NCBI GenBank assembly: GCA_049999805.1
Contig: JBNGIO010005933.1
Span: 1 to 64,000, forward strand
DNA: 64,000 nt
Reading direction: 5' to 3'
Origin: Folioceros fuciformis
Lineage: Eukaryota
A program made the translations under genes and the position numbers. This document shows positions 38,678-51,800 of this stretch, in pieces; the stretch's first letter is position 1; each line of letters opens with the position of its first letter. Under the pieces are notes generated by a model, which ran no database searches, was not told the origin of the DNA, and saw only the letters and a list, made by a program, of their open reading frames with translations.

Positions 38678-39767
38678 TCGTGTTGCTCCACCACCAAATC
38701 ATCTGCGGCATTAGGGTACGAAACGTCATTCTGTCAAGGAGAGGAAACAATTCAATGGTTTTTGTTTTCAAGTGAACAATCTATAAACTTCTATATTGAT
38801 TCTTACAGAGTATCCCATTAGACGAGAAAGTTGTCACCCCTCGCCCATACCCATAGTAGTACAAATGCAAAAGAGCTTTATAAGGCATCAAAAGTTCATA
38901 TTGATAATGTTTCAGATTAAGAATCAATATGTCCCAATACAAATCTTTTCCCTAACTCATCCTAATCGAGTCTCATACTCTAAATACTCTTAGGTAATGT
39001 AGAGGAGAGTCACATGATTTGTGTCACCACAAAGAGGACCTCCTTCACAAACATAGGAAAGTTGTGTTTTAGTCATAAAATTGGGTTGGCATGAACTTGA
39101 ACCTAGCACAACATACATAACATGGTAGAAAGGACTTTCAGTGGCCTGTGCAACCTTAGGGATCTTCAAGACTAGCAAGTAATGTAAGGATCACTTAGAA
39201 GCTTTAATGATAGACTTCAACAATGTGCAAAGTCATTGTGGAAGGTCGAGCTACTACACCATAGAGAAAGGGGAAAGGGAGGCATAAAAGCTCCTAAAGA
39301 CTATGAGTATGGGCTCCTAAAGACTATGAGTACGGACACCATGCGATGCTATGCACAATTTCCATTGCAACAAAACAACGAATAGTGTTTCTATTGCATC
39401 AAAGCAATGAATATTCATAGAACTGTGCAACAATATCCATGAGTCATTATACGACTGATGTTCCTTGACAGTTTCCATTCTAGTATCATCTAAGTGATGT
39501 AGCGCATTGTTCTTGCATTTGTTTGAGTGTATTATCTTTTTGAATGATTCTATAATAGAGTTTGTTTCTAGAGTTGATTTCTAGAGATCAAAATGGGAGT
39601 GATAGGGCTTGGGATCTTAAAGCCAACTCTTGTAACATGGATCTAAGTGTGTTTTGAGGGGATCTTTTTTATGAGTTCATTCTCATTTAATAATCTAGTT
39701 TATTGGCTGGGTGTCGATGTCGGCCCAAATGTGCTTGGTGTGGTTCGAGAAACGTGGTTTGTGGAGC

Positions 39768-39898
39768 TTGTCAAACCAGGTATAGTGCTCTGGAGCTTTA
39801 ACAAGAAACCAAAACAATTAGAGGAGTGCCCACTTGTCAAACCAGGTATAGTGCCCTGGAGCTTTAACAAGAAACCAAAACAATCGGAAGAGTGCCCA
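39768..39898. repeat. 66-bp tandem duplication
   Basis: TTGTCAAACCAGGTATAGTGC.CTGGAGCTTTAACAAGAAACCAAAACAAT..GA.GAGTGCCCA twice. Confidence 0.85.
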
Positions 39899-40832
39899 TA
39901 TACCCTGCTCAAGGACATCTCCCTCGTTGCATACCTTTTCCTAACCAAGGGGGACTAGGTTTCTATAGCAGATGTGGTTGTCATAGACCCTACTCAGACA
40001 ACCATCAGAAGGAAGTGCAACAAGGAAGACTCGCAAGTACAGGCCGTACAACAGGGTCACTTTTCAAGGAAGACTCGCAAGTACAGGCCGTACAACAGNN
40101 NNNNNNNNNNNNNNNNNNNNNNNNNNNNNNNNNNNNNNNNNNNNNNNNNNNNNNNNNNNNNNNNNNNNNNNNNNNNNNNNNNNNNNNNNNNNNNNNNNNN
40201 NNNNNNNNNNNNNNNNNNNNNNNNNNNNNNNNNNNNNNNNNNNNNNNNNNNNNNNNNNNNNNNNNNNNNNNNNNNNNNNNNNNNNNNNNNNNNNNNNNNN
40301 NNNNNNNNNNNNNNNNNNNNNNNNNNNNNNNNNNNNNNNNNNNNNNNNNNNNNNNNNNNNNNNNNNNNNNNNNNNNNNNNNNNNNNNNNNNNNNNNNNNN
40401 NNNNNNNNNNNNNNNNNNNNNNNNNNNNNNNNNNNNNNNNNNNNNNNNNNNNNNNNNNNNNNNNNNNNNNNNNNNNNNNNNNNNNNNNNNNNNNNNNNGT
40501 ACAGGGTAGAAAGGAAAAGTGATAAAGTCCGGGCTGTAGCCTAAGGCACATGCGAACAGTCAGTCGGGGGCAACGTGGGCCCAGACTGGGCCCACGAGGT
40601 TCGGCGCCTGCGCATTGCATCACCTCTGCAGCGACCAGACGAGCATTGAGAAAGAAAGGAAACAAACATTCTTTATGAACCACAATGAGTTTCAATCCAT
40701 CAATCAGTAGAAGGATAGAAAACGCCCGCACCTGACTGGCTTTGTCATGTCACACAAATTTCCGTCGCATACTGATGAGGAAGCGATCGCTTTCAGGGAA
40801 TCACGAGTGCGGTCTGGTGTCCGGCTTTGGAA

Positions 40833-42005
40833 ATGGGTACGTTGGAGTTTGCACTCTTGACTCTCGTCGCCCTGGCAGGATTGGGTATGGCCACCTGCAC
40901 GGAGTTTTCGTTGCAGCTGTGGCCGGAGTACGAGGTGCTGGAGGGAGTGGACGTTGTGTGGCAGATTCCGCAAAATCCCAAAGCGGTGCTGCTGCTCCTG
41001 CATGGGTTCGAGTCCAGCGCCACCATCTTCTGGGATCCCACTCCTAACTGCGCAAAATGCACTGGCTTGCCGGAGAATCGGGCTATCACACTGGCTGCTC
41101 TTGACAGGGGATTTGCAGTGATAGCCATCTCCAGCGTCACCAATTGGATGCTATGGCCCGTGGAGGGCAATGTAGATGTGCGCAACGTGGTCACCATTCT
41201 GCGGGACTGGGGGCTGCGCTACGGCCTCAGCCACTTGCCTCACACCGCCATGGGGACCTCGCATGGCGGGCGCTTCCTCGCCGTGTTGGCCCATGCGCAG
41301 GAATTCTCATCAATCGTGCTCATGATATCTCCAGGAAATGAGGACGCCATTGAAGCAGCTTACATCAGGGGCTCGTACCCGCCCACTTTCTTTATCCATG
41401 TAAGCGCCTTCTTCTCCTCCCTCTGCCTTTCCCTCGTGAAGTCTCTGATGAGATGAAGATCAGTCCGCAAAGATACTGTCGGGGAGGCATGAACATGAAA
41501 CGAGCTCCTTGGATTGCAGATGCCCAGGGACAGCATGACAGAAGCATGGGTGAATGCAAGCATGGCAACGCTGAAGGGGTTGGGAACACCTGTTGGAAGC
41601 GTGCCCTGCTTTCCCTTCGCCCTTAATGTGGATTACTTCACCGAGAGGATCCCTGGCCTTCGGCTGGAGCTCTCAACGCGGATCGTCGAGGCTCTGAGGC
41701 AGCACGGGTACCTAGACGCTCAAAACTTCCTCATCACCAACATCACTACACCAGAGGGATGGGAAGGCTGGTATGATGCAGAGGATTGGGAAGGAGTGAT
41801 GACGGAGTTGCAGATTTTTCCTGTCCCCGACAACCTCTCTTCGAAGAGTTTCTACGATGGAGTGCTGCAGGAGCTGAGACTAGCATATGCTTTCCACAGC
41901 ACTACTAGCCTGCCGAGCCCAGCCATGCTGGATTGGCTGGATGCACATCTCGGGCTCGAAGATGACATGGCTCAAGTCGCCACCCGTCACTCAGAAAGCA
42001 CGTAG
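40833..42005 (+). CDS. Secreted alpha/beta-hydrolase-fold protein; 2 exons
   Basis: Signal peptide; WQIPQNPKAVLLLLHG, GLPE, GTSHGG (GxSxG). Intron 41400-41519 joins FIH|MPRD; C-terminal LAYAFH. Confidence 0.8.
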
Positions 42006-42242
42006 CGGACTTTTGACCCAAAAAAACGTGCGCTCACAAACTGAGAGTCACCGGCAAGTTGTCGCTGAGTGCATAAATGCACAGCCAACGTTATTTTCGT
42101 AGGGAAGGTAGCAGTAACAAATCAGAGTGAACAATGCCTCAGGTCCTACCCTGCTGTTTCACAGACTGTTCTGCTTGCTTCACAGACCAGAACCATGGAC
42201 GATTGACATTATCCCCGTCGAGACATACATCAAGAAAAGCAT

Positions 42243-43275
42243 CTAGTAACTCCAGTCTCCGGCCTCGAGCTCCTTGCGTATCTTCTTCTCAGCTTCAGGA
42301 TGCTCAGCCATGTACTCATCGACAGTCTGTGTCCTCAAATTTTCCTGCGCACACAATGCAGCTCATCAAGTTTCCCGGAGACAATTTTCATTGTAGAGCA
42401 AAATCATGTACCAAAACACAAAACTCATCGCCTGACGCGTGATGCATACTAGTATGCACAGAAACAGACGCTAGTATGCACAAGCGGACCAGCAAGACTT
42501 CCAACGATGTCTCTGCCCTGACCTTATACTTCCGAATGTCTTCTAGCTCAGCTTCAATCTTCACCAATATCTGCTTCGACCGCTCTTCAGATGCCGTTGC
42601 TTTAGCCACCTGCAGCATCGTATTAAAAAAAAAAAAAACCAATCATGACTCAACGCCCCGTGGTTCGTTTCCTACCATGCTCCCCAAGGCAGTCCTGCAA
42701 TGCAAGCCAAACAGTCCGTACCAGCTCAAGATGCTTCTTCTGGTACTCAGGCGTGAAGGTATCTTCATAATCAGGGACCTTGAGTGCTGCACGAACATGG
42801 CACTGAGATGAACTTGCACAGCCAAGACTGCTCTATAACTCAAGAGCCTCAGCACCGCTCATGGATTGCACTTGCTCCCTGCTACAGCATGCCAGGCAGG
42901 TGCAGATGCCGACTCACATTCATGTGACTTCTGGAAGATGTTGACGATGTTCGGATTCAACCTCTGCTTGTAGTAGTCCCAGTTTATAGTCGTCGGTTTC
43001 TGCCAAAACAAAACTCAACACACCACCAAACCCCAGCTCAACGGGACGGAGTCGGCCCCCCGGGGTTTCTCCCAAATCCACGAAAGATTGGTGGCACATT
43101 AGGTCAGTCATGGGCTAACCATATTCAGCTTGGTCTCCAGCGTGTAGGAAACATCGTCGTAGGCGAGGCGGAGCTTGGCAAGCTCGCGCCTGCCCTCTTC
43201 GGACAACACCACCTTGTTGAGAAAATCCCAGTCGATGACGCGCCCGACCTTGGTCACCACATTCTTGCCGCTCAT
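42243..43275 (-). CDS. ATPQ: Mitochondrial ATP synthase subunit d; 5 exons
   Basis: IDWDFLNKVVLSEEGRRELAKLR | KPTTINWDYYKQRL | KVPDYED | VAKATASEERS | TVDEYMAEHPE..GDWSY*, joined by GT-AG introns. Confidence 0.88.
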
Positions 43276-44585
43276 CCTGACAGCCGGCAACGCGCTCCCA
43301 CCAACTGCCTCGCGGCCCGCAGCTGCACGAACTCGCTCGCAGATCTGTTCCACCTCCTTCGCTCCGTCCCCGTTCCAGGCCTTGCCTTAACGAACGTCCG
43401 TGAAACGTGAGATTTCTGGTTGCTGCCTGCCTCTTCGGTCTGATGTTTCCTAGTAACTTGCATGTGTAAATACATTCTGGTTCAATGGAGATAAAAGAAG
43501 CAAACGGTTTTGTTACTGAGAAGAAAAACGATAAGCTGAAGATGCTTCTTCGCATCATTTTTAAGGTTTCTTTACCAACCCTATTTGGATTAGACTGGAC
43601 AACAGGAAAGACTGCAGAGTCAAGGGAAAGGAGAATTTTTAAGCTTGTGGCAGAACCAAGGATATGCAAATGAGAGGAAAACGTGTCCCATACATCTACA
43701 TACTGTACAGTATCCTTTATTACAATACTGTATTACGAAGTAGGAAAGCATACCCAACCTGGGAACGTATACCAGGCTCGAAGTATGTACTGGAAGGGCA
43801 GGCCATAGATAGTACTACCTTTCCAGAAGTGCCCAAAAGGGGCAGGAGGTGGTACTACATTTTCATACGAGAGCCCATGAGATCAAGCGGCGCAAGCTGC
43901 ATAGTACAAGCCGAACCGCAAAAGTGGGTTACTTGTTGCCAAGAACAGTACAAATGTAGTATAGGCCAAAGATTTTATACCAGTTCCACCCGGCTGGGAA
44001 GCTACATTGTATCGTTGCCCCTGATGAGAGGATGCTTGCACCGCAGAGGCTGTGTTTTGCTCCAGCTCCAGTTTCTTCGAAGCCCCGTGCACGGCGAAGA
44101 GAAGGGCCGTTTGTCTGCAGGTCCAGCACCCTCCAAGGCGACTTGTCAATGCATGCGCCCAGGCTGGAGCAGTGCATGACAGCAACACGAGAAGGAAGCC
44201 TTCTTCTGTCGTCCTCATGCACTGCCTCTTCCCTGGTCCCATAGAATCATATCATTTCTGCATCACTGTTTCACGCAGCTCATCAGTTAGTTGCTCAGAA
44301 TTGTATGCAGGGACCCACAGGAGGACCCAATATCCGGCAGCAGAGCTAGCAATCGCCTCTTCCATGAGAGACGGATCATCCATACTGCCAACAAGAATTT
44401 GTCTTCCGCCGCTGAAGAGATGGATACAGGTGCGGAATCAAGTGTCCCAGAAGTAGTGGATACCATAGATCTGTATTCTTACATGAACACGAAGGTCTAT
44501 ATCGACAGGAATTATGTCCAATACGGACGAAGAATTTTGAGAATCATGTTCTTGTACAAGCACAAGTGGTAAGAAATTTTGTAGC

Positions 44586-45829
44586 CTAACGCTTAACCCA
44601 CTGGAAGCTCTTACGAGCTTTCGCTTTTCCTGGCTTCTTCCGCTCCACGATTCGATCATCCCTTCTGAGCATTCCCTCTGTCAGCCACTCACCGTCAAAA
44701 GTGAGCGCGTGCAAGCAGCAACAGTCACTGAATTACTGAGCAGACAGCTTTGTCAACCTCACCTGATTTTAACAGCGGACGCAGTGCAGGATCGAAAAGC
44801 TGCAGTGCCTTGCTTATTCCATGTCTCAGCGCTCCCGATTGTCCTAGTAGAGGCGAGCGTGGATAAGACAGTGGCAACTGCATCCTCTAGAGAAAAATCA
44901 ACGCGATTTTACGATAGATGATGTACCTGAAATGCCACCACCCTTGACAGTGGACCGGACATCAAAGCTTCCAAGAGTGTTGGTGATCACAAACGGTTCC
45001 AACACCTGGACTCGGTGATCCAAGTCAAGGAAGTAAAGGTCATGAGATTTCCCATTGATCGTGATGTTACCTCCTCCCTCCGCAATCCATACCCTGGCTA
45101 TGGAAGTCTTCCTCTTCCCCGTGGCGTAAGCCCTGCCAAGGGCATCGACTTGCTTGACTCTAGCTTTCTTCAGCTCCTCCTGCTTCTTCCTTTCCGCTTC
45201 CCGCCGCTGTGCCTTTTCCTCCTGCTCGTCATCCTGTCCAAAAATCGAATCCAGAGGAGGAAGGCCCCGGATTCCCTTGAAGTTTCTGAATGCGATGAGA
45301 TTGTCCAAGTCGTCTTCCGTGACATTTGCCAGCCGTGCTCCGAAATCCACAGGTCTTGGAGAATTGGCTACTGGCAAGCGAGTGTCTGAAGCTCCCTCAG
45401 AATTGGAGCCTACCAAATTGGACAAACCGTGGGAAATTATACGCTACCAACAAACAAAGTAGTCACCCCGGCTATCGATGCAGTCACCCACAGAGCTCAT
45501 CACCACAAACCTCCTCACTGAATATGCAAAAGACGCGACTCACCAACATTCTCGTCCCTCCTGGACGGACCTCCAGTATTCGCAGACACAGAATCGGGCG
45601 TCTCCCGCCTCTGGGCAGAGGCAGGCCAAGCCCCGGTAGAGTCAGGTCTCCCTCCACCTCCCCGCTCCACCTCACCAGTTCCGTTACCGCTCCCTTCTGA
45701 GAAGAAACGACAACAGGGCTGCCATGGATGCAAGGCCTTGGAATCGAAACCCCTTTCCCAGAAGCAAAGCTGGGCCTTGGGCAGGTGACGCCACGCTCCC
45801 GACGCTCTACTTCCAAAGGCGGCCATCAT
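44586..45829 (-). CDS. RPS9: Mitochondrial ribosomal protein S9 (uS9m), multi-exon
   Basis: Presequence; [55 protein letters not shown]. Confidence 0.92.
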
Positions 45830-45874
45830 GTGGATGGCAGACTTACTAAGCAACCAGGGTTTAGGGGTTTTCAG

Positions 45875-48800
45875 ATGGGCAAGGACTCCTATGTAAGAAC
45901 TGGACCTCCACAGATGGAGGTCTCGTCGGAGATGGAGGACGGAGCCATGGATACAGACGTTGAGGAGGCGGGGGTGGATGCAGAGCTGGAAAGAGCTGTG
46001 CAGCTGGATGAGAAGACTCGGGCTTTGGCATCGGCTCTGGGGACCAAGAGTGCCGAAGATTTGGTAACGGCGTTAGAGAGGATGAGAAGGGTTATTGAAG
46101 GTAAAGACGGAGGGGATGTCTTGCAGAGATATGTCTTGGCATCACCCAATTGCAGCGAGTTGCAATCAGCATGGGAAGCAGGTAGGTTTCGGACAACGGA
46201 GGACTGGGTGTTTGTGTATTGGTTGTGGAGCGTATGCTCTTTGTTGAAGGATATTTGATGCTGATGGAGATTTGATGCTTGGTTTGATTCAGGGCCAGAC
46301 TCAGCAGTGAGTGTCCCCCTGCTGAGACTTCTGTCTGCGATCCTTCGGCATCCTGTGGGATTAGTTACTGTTGAGGATGATCATCGGGGAAAGGATTCTG
46401 ATGAGGATAAGAGTAGAGTGAGAGTCCGTCTGAGGCTGGATAAACTTGCAACCTCCATCATACGGACAAGAATGAAGGCCATGTATTCTCATCTGTCATC
46501 TAAGAAGCGGGCAAGGCAGAATGCGGCCTTGGTTTTGCTGACTGGCATTGTCTTCAGGAGTAAGATCATTGCTGCGGAACTTGCCAAGGACTTCAATTTT
46601 TCTCTGGAGGCCTTGCGGGAAATGGCAAAACCGCCTCGGCTGTCTGGAGGAAAGAGCAGGGTGCAGAGGCAAAGCTCACCTCTTTTCCAACCCACAAGGG
46701 TTGCCTTTGTAGACTTTGCAATGTCATTTCTGACGGTGAGCGACCCAGGGCTGCTCCGCTGGGTTCTTGCACAGCGCCCACTCTATTATGGTGTGCTGAG
46801 GTTCCTTGCTAGGGACGATGAAAAAACTGTTACGTACGTTTTGAAGTTACTCCAGAAGAAAGTGGTAAATTCCACCGCTGCTGTGCCCTCTGGCATTATG
46901 AACTCATTATTTGGCGATCTTGCTCTTGATCAGTTGGCACAGATTGTTCAGAATGAGCAGTATGCCGACGCTCCCAAGCTTGCTTACCAAATTCTTATTC
47001 AACTTTGTACACGTCCAGGACATGGTTTATCCACAGCCTCCACAGACTTTTCCAAGTTTGTAGGAACATCTTCCTATGGCAGCAGAGACAGCAAAGTATT
47101 AAGGCTACTGCTGCATCTAAAACCAACAGTGTTTGAAAGGCACAGGGCTTTGCTCTTTGCTATAGCAGGCTCGACACCAAAGGTGGCCGCAGCATATCTT
47201 GACTCGTTGCCGTTTTCTCTACAGCCCAGACGGTCATCCTCTTGGTAACTATGTGTAGGATTCTGGAAGCATTGTGATTGGCCTTGCTTTGCCTGGTCAC
47301 ATTGCTTGCTAATTTGTGCTCTGTTGCGCTCCAGGTTTGCTGCAATGTCAGTTGTTGCCGAACTTGTTCCAAAGGCCAGTGTTCCACCTCCATTTTCCTC
47401 CCTAGCCGCCCAAGGACTCTGTCCTGCGCTAGATGGGCCACTAGTCCAAGGAACCATTCACAGTCTGATTCCTCGTGCTCTTTCAAGAGTTGCTCTTAGC
47501 AAGGGACTTCAACATGCGGATGTGCTAATCATCCAGGCTTGCTTGAAGGTTATTTTCGTGGCTTTGCAGTCTGCAGAGCTTCTTCTCGGAGGAATCCTGG
47601 AGGCTGCTGATCTCTGCAGTGTCACCCCCGTAGTCGGCAAGTCTAGAGGTGGCATAACTGAATCCTTGTCAGAATCCGGTTGTAAGAATGAGCTCGACGA
47701 TATACCAAGGCATGAGGGTTTTCGGAACACCTTTCTGAAGCAAGAGTCAACGTCACTGTCCCGTGGGGCTATTCGATCCTATGAAACTCCTTTGAGTAGC
47801 AAACATGAAATGTCTGTCACTAGCGATTACTGGTATGGGTTTGCCAGACATGTTCAGGATTCTTTGCGTGCATTGTTGCCTGACCCACAGCTTCTCATTA
47901 GACTCCTACACTCTAAGGAAGGAGTGATGGCTATCAGCAAGAAAAGGAAATTACAGGCTGACAGTGACACTGAGCTATCAAGAAGCAAGAAACAACGTGT
48001 GGGGAAAGTGTCTACAGAGGGTGACACAGCTGGTAATAATAGTCTTGGAATGGATGAAAGCAGCGATGAGGAGGATGATATTAATTACTTGAAAGTAGAA
48101 GACCTTCTTCCAGATGCCTTAGAGCTTTTGCACAGGGAAGGACTGCGCAATTCAAAGGTGCTTGAAGTCTTGGGAGCATATCAGGTATGCATGTTTTCTC
48201 CTGAAGGATCCCTTGCTGAACAGAAAGAGGCTCAGGGTATTGGCAGCTCCTGGGTTACATGATGAGCATGTCCAGCTGAGGCACTTATTTGGATAACCCT
48301 TAGTGTAGTTCATTGACGCCTCACCTGCTTGTGTCGGTTGTTTGTTGCAGAGAGTTTTGCCAGTGTCTCTGGCAGATAATCGTTTTGATGCCTTCAAGCT
48401 GTTACCTGATGATCCAAGCTCCTTGTTACCTGCACAGCAGAGGGCTCTGCTAGGTCTGTTATTGTCTGCCACAGACCATGACTTCAGTAGCTGTGCTGGC
48501 ACGAAAAGGCATCTGTGGCTGGATATGCCAAAATCTGGACCTATATACAAACATCTGAGGTCATTGCTACGTGTGATGATTTCCACTGATGTAGATGATA
48601 TAAGGAAGCAGGCACGTGAGCTATCCTCCAGGGCTATGATAAGTACTGGTGCTTTTGACAGTGGAAGTTACGAGGTCTCTTTGCTGCTAGACTTCATCCC
48701 CTTGGAGGCAATTACTTCTGTCAATCTACATCCTAGGAAAAGCTCTGGCGGGTCCTGCATTCAGGGTCTATACGCAGAAGCTGTGGTTTCGTTTTTATCA

Positions 48801-51800
48801 GACGCAGTCTGTTCTATTGGTCTGAACATCTATCAATATCTGGACCAGCTGCATGCCCTCCTGGCCGCTGATACTCTGCTAGACCGTGCCAAGTTTTCCA
48901 CTCTGCAGAACGGCAGTGGTCATGGTAAATGGTCGCTACTCCTGATTTTAATGCTTGTCACATTGTTTCCTTTTATTAGAGATGGGGTGACTGTTGCTGA
49001 TTTTGTGACTGATGACTTGTTTGTATGCCGTCCAGACGTGGGGATTTTGGAATTTGGGCCCTTTATTCTTTGTCTTCTGAGTAGCTGGCGGTCCAAAGCC
49101 GCGAAACCACCTCAGCTTGCAGTCTTGACATCTTATGTTGCTGCTGTTTTGCTCAATCTTTTGATGTCTCAGGTATGTTTCTTTTGCAGTCTCAGTCTCT
49201 GCAAGAGCATGTGCACCTTTGACTCACCCCATTGACCTGCACCTTCTAATGTTTAAAATGTGTTCCTGGGTCTTACCACCATTTTTAACCGTGATAATCA
49301 GGCTAATCCTCAACCTCTGGCAACGCTCATTAAATCAACTTTGCACCTTGAGGGTGCTCTTGCCTCTCATTCTGGTGAGGTCTCAAATTCGAGGGAGTGG
49401 ACTCCACTTGTACATTTGCTGTCAACAGTGGAAAATGTTTTGAGCAAGACTAGTTCGCCCAAGCCAGACCTGCATCTGTCTTCCACAGAATTCAGCAAGT
49501 TCTTCTCAGTAGAGGAGGATGAAAGTGCAGGACAAGCCGCTTCAGTGCTTTCAGATCATGGTTTACGTGCCACTCCAAAAGAGATAGCTGGTGTTTTGCC
49601 GCAACTCGTGCAAACATTGATGATGCATTTTCAAGCAGATTTTTCTATCCTCTTCTTCCAAATTTCAGTTCACAAGTATCTGCTGCGTGAGATTGCTGAC
49701 CGTTGGACAGACATCTTTGAGAATGCCGTTGGCCTTATTGGATCTGATGGTAGGGCGACCAAGCTGGAAGACATTGGCCTGGCTACGCAGCCGTGTGTTG
49801 CTACTGGTATTGCACAGTTTTTGAGGCTTTTGCCGTTTCACATTTTATTCCCTGCTATCGCACATAGTAGAAGACTCCTTTCTCTGATGCCTTTGAGGAA
49901 TCTCCTCCATAACACCATTTCCAACATGGCCCCGTCAAGATGGTTATTTTCTGCTAACCTTATCCTTTTCCAAGTCGGAACTCTATCCTCGTCTGATAGA
50001 TCTGCAGAAGAGTTTGAACAACTTTATACGTGTTTCGCTCTTTTGAGGCACATGATTTTCCAGATAGATCCCTTAAATCTGACAGGCTTTGTGGATGATG
50101 ACGATCACAGGACCACATGCTATGGTAATATGATTTCAGGAGTCCTGGCTCATCCAGTTTTTCAACAGTTCTTGACACCTCGGGTTGCCAAATCTCTTCT
50201 GGCAGTGAAGATTGCCAAGTTTGATAAGCTTCTGCATGAAAAGAAGGATTGGGGGGCTGTGAATCGGATGAACGGGCTGTGCTTGCAGCTAGCCTCGTGC
50301 AGGAGGAGTATGCAAGTGGGTGACTACTTGCTTCTTGAGTACCTGCAGGAACTTCTGAAACACAGTCAGCTTATTTACTCTAACACTTGGTCTAAATCCT
50401 CCAGACCTCTTTTCCACAATTTGCACACGAGAATCCTGTCGTCATCTCAACCACATATCTCTTCTGCTGTTGCTGCAGTGAGGACACAGTTGGGTGATAT
50501 CGAAGGATTGAAGAAGCTTTCAGGATCCCCGTTGTTGTATGTCCTGTCTGCACTCCTACCTTATGTTGAATCCTCCGTACTGGTGGATTTGCTGTTCGAC
50601 CTTCTTTCTGGAATCAGTCAGTCGTCTCTGAATCTCGATCCTTCACTGGACTCCCTTACGTTTCATTTATCCAGTATCATATTCAATTCTCTGTCACCAA
50701 TGTACAGCCAGCGTCCAAATCAGACAAAACTGCAGACAAATCAGGGTGATGCCGTTGAGGACTGTAAATCAGAAAAAACAGCTCGTGTTCTGGAGGCACT
50801 TGCTGAGACAGTCATCAGAGCAGGTTCAGAACTTGGCGATAGGTGCTTTCTTGCAGCTTTGCAGGCCCTTCAAGGGAGCCACTATGCTATGGTACCTTCT
50901 CTGGAATGCAAGACTACTGAGCTGCCAAGGCTGACCCATCTGACCTCTTTTATCCCTGTTGACCTGTTGTGGTACTGTGTGAAACAGCCTACTAGAACAA
51001 AGGCAAGCATTGTGGACTTTTTAATCCACAGCAGCTCAGTGCACTTAGTAGAATTTGGACGAGTCATGGCATATGCCACTTCTGAGGAAGAATACGGAGT
51101 CTCTGAGGACACGAACATGGAGACAGCTGCAGCATTGATGAGGACGGGTTTAGTTGACCTAAGAAATATTCCACTCCTTTCTGATGAATCTTTGTTAATT
51201 TTTGTTTCTCCTGCACTTCAGTACGTATCCTCTCAAGTTGAGGAAGGACAACCATGGAAAACTGGCACGGTTGCACAACATATTGCACACCTTTATGGAA
51301 AGGTTATTTGTGACGCCATCAAGAAGGGCGACAGCTCCAATTTTTTCAAGGATGAGGTCTCCTCAGGAGAAAGTGATTCCAGCGGTGAGATCAATATGGA
51401 CAGGATATACTTCAGCTCCACTGTTGCAAAAGCTGTAAGGATGGTGGAGCTTTGTCTGACCCTGGATTCGACATGTGGTGGTCAGAAAGAGAGCCTACGG
51501 CGTGCTCTGCTAACAAGCAACAAGAATCTGTTAAGAACTTTGGCAAATCCTGAAGTCTGTCACTCTGTATCCAAATTACAGCAGATGGCTGTTGAATTTT
51601 TCGGTAGAGTCAGCTTATTGCAGGCATTAATAGTACCTGCTTGTCAAAATGAATGGTTAGGAACTGGAAGAATCGCTTCCAATGGGGTATCTGTAAAGCA
51701 GGTGTTAAACGAAGGAGGTAAAAGCAAAGGACACGTTCTGAAGTACGTCAACTTCCTCGTTGACAGTATCAACGTATTATTGACTCAACTAAACGATAAG

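Noticed and set aside
44290-44572. Short plus-strand ORF downstream of RPS9
   Set aside because: No start or splice model and no recognisable family.
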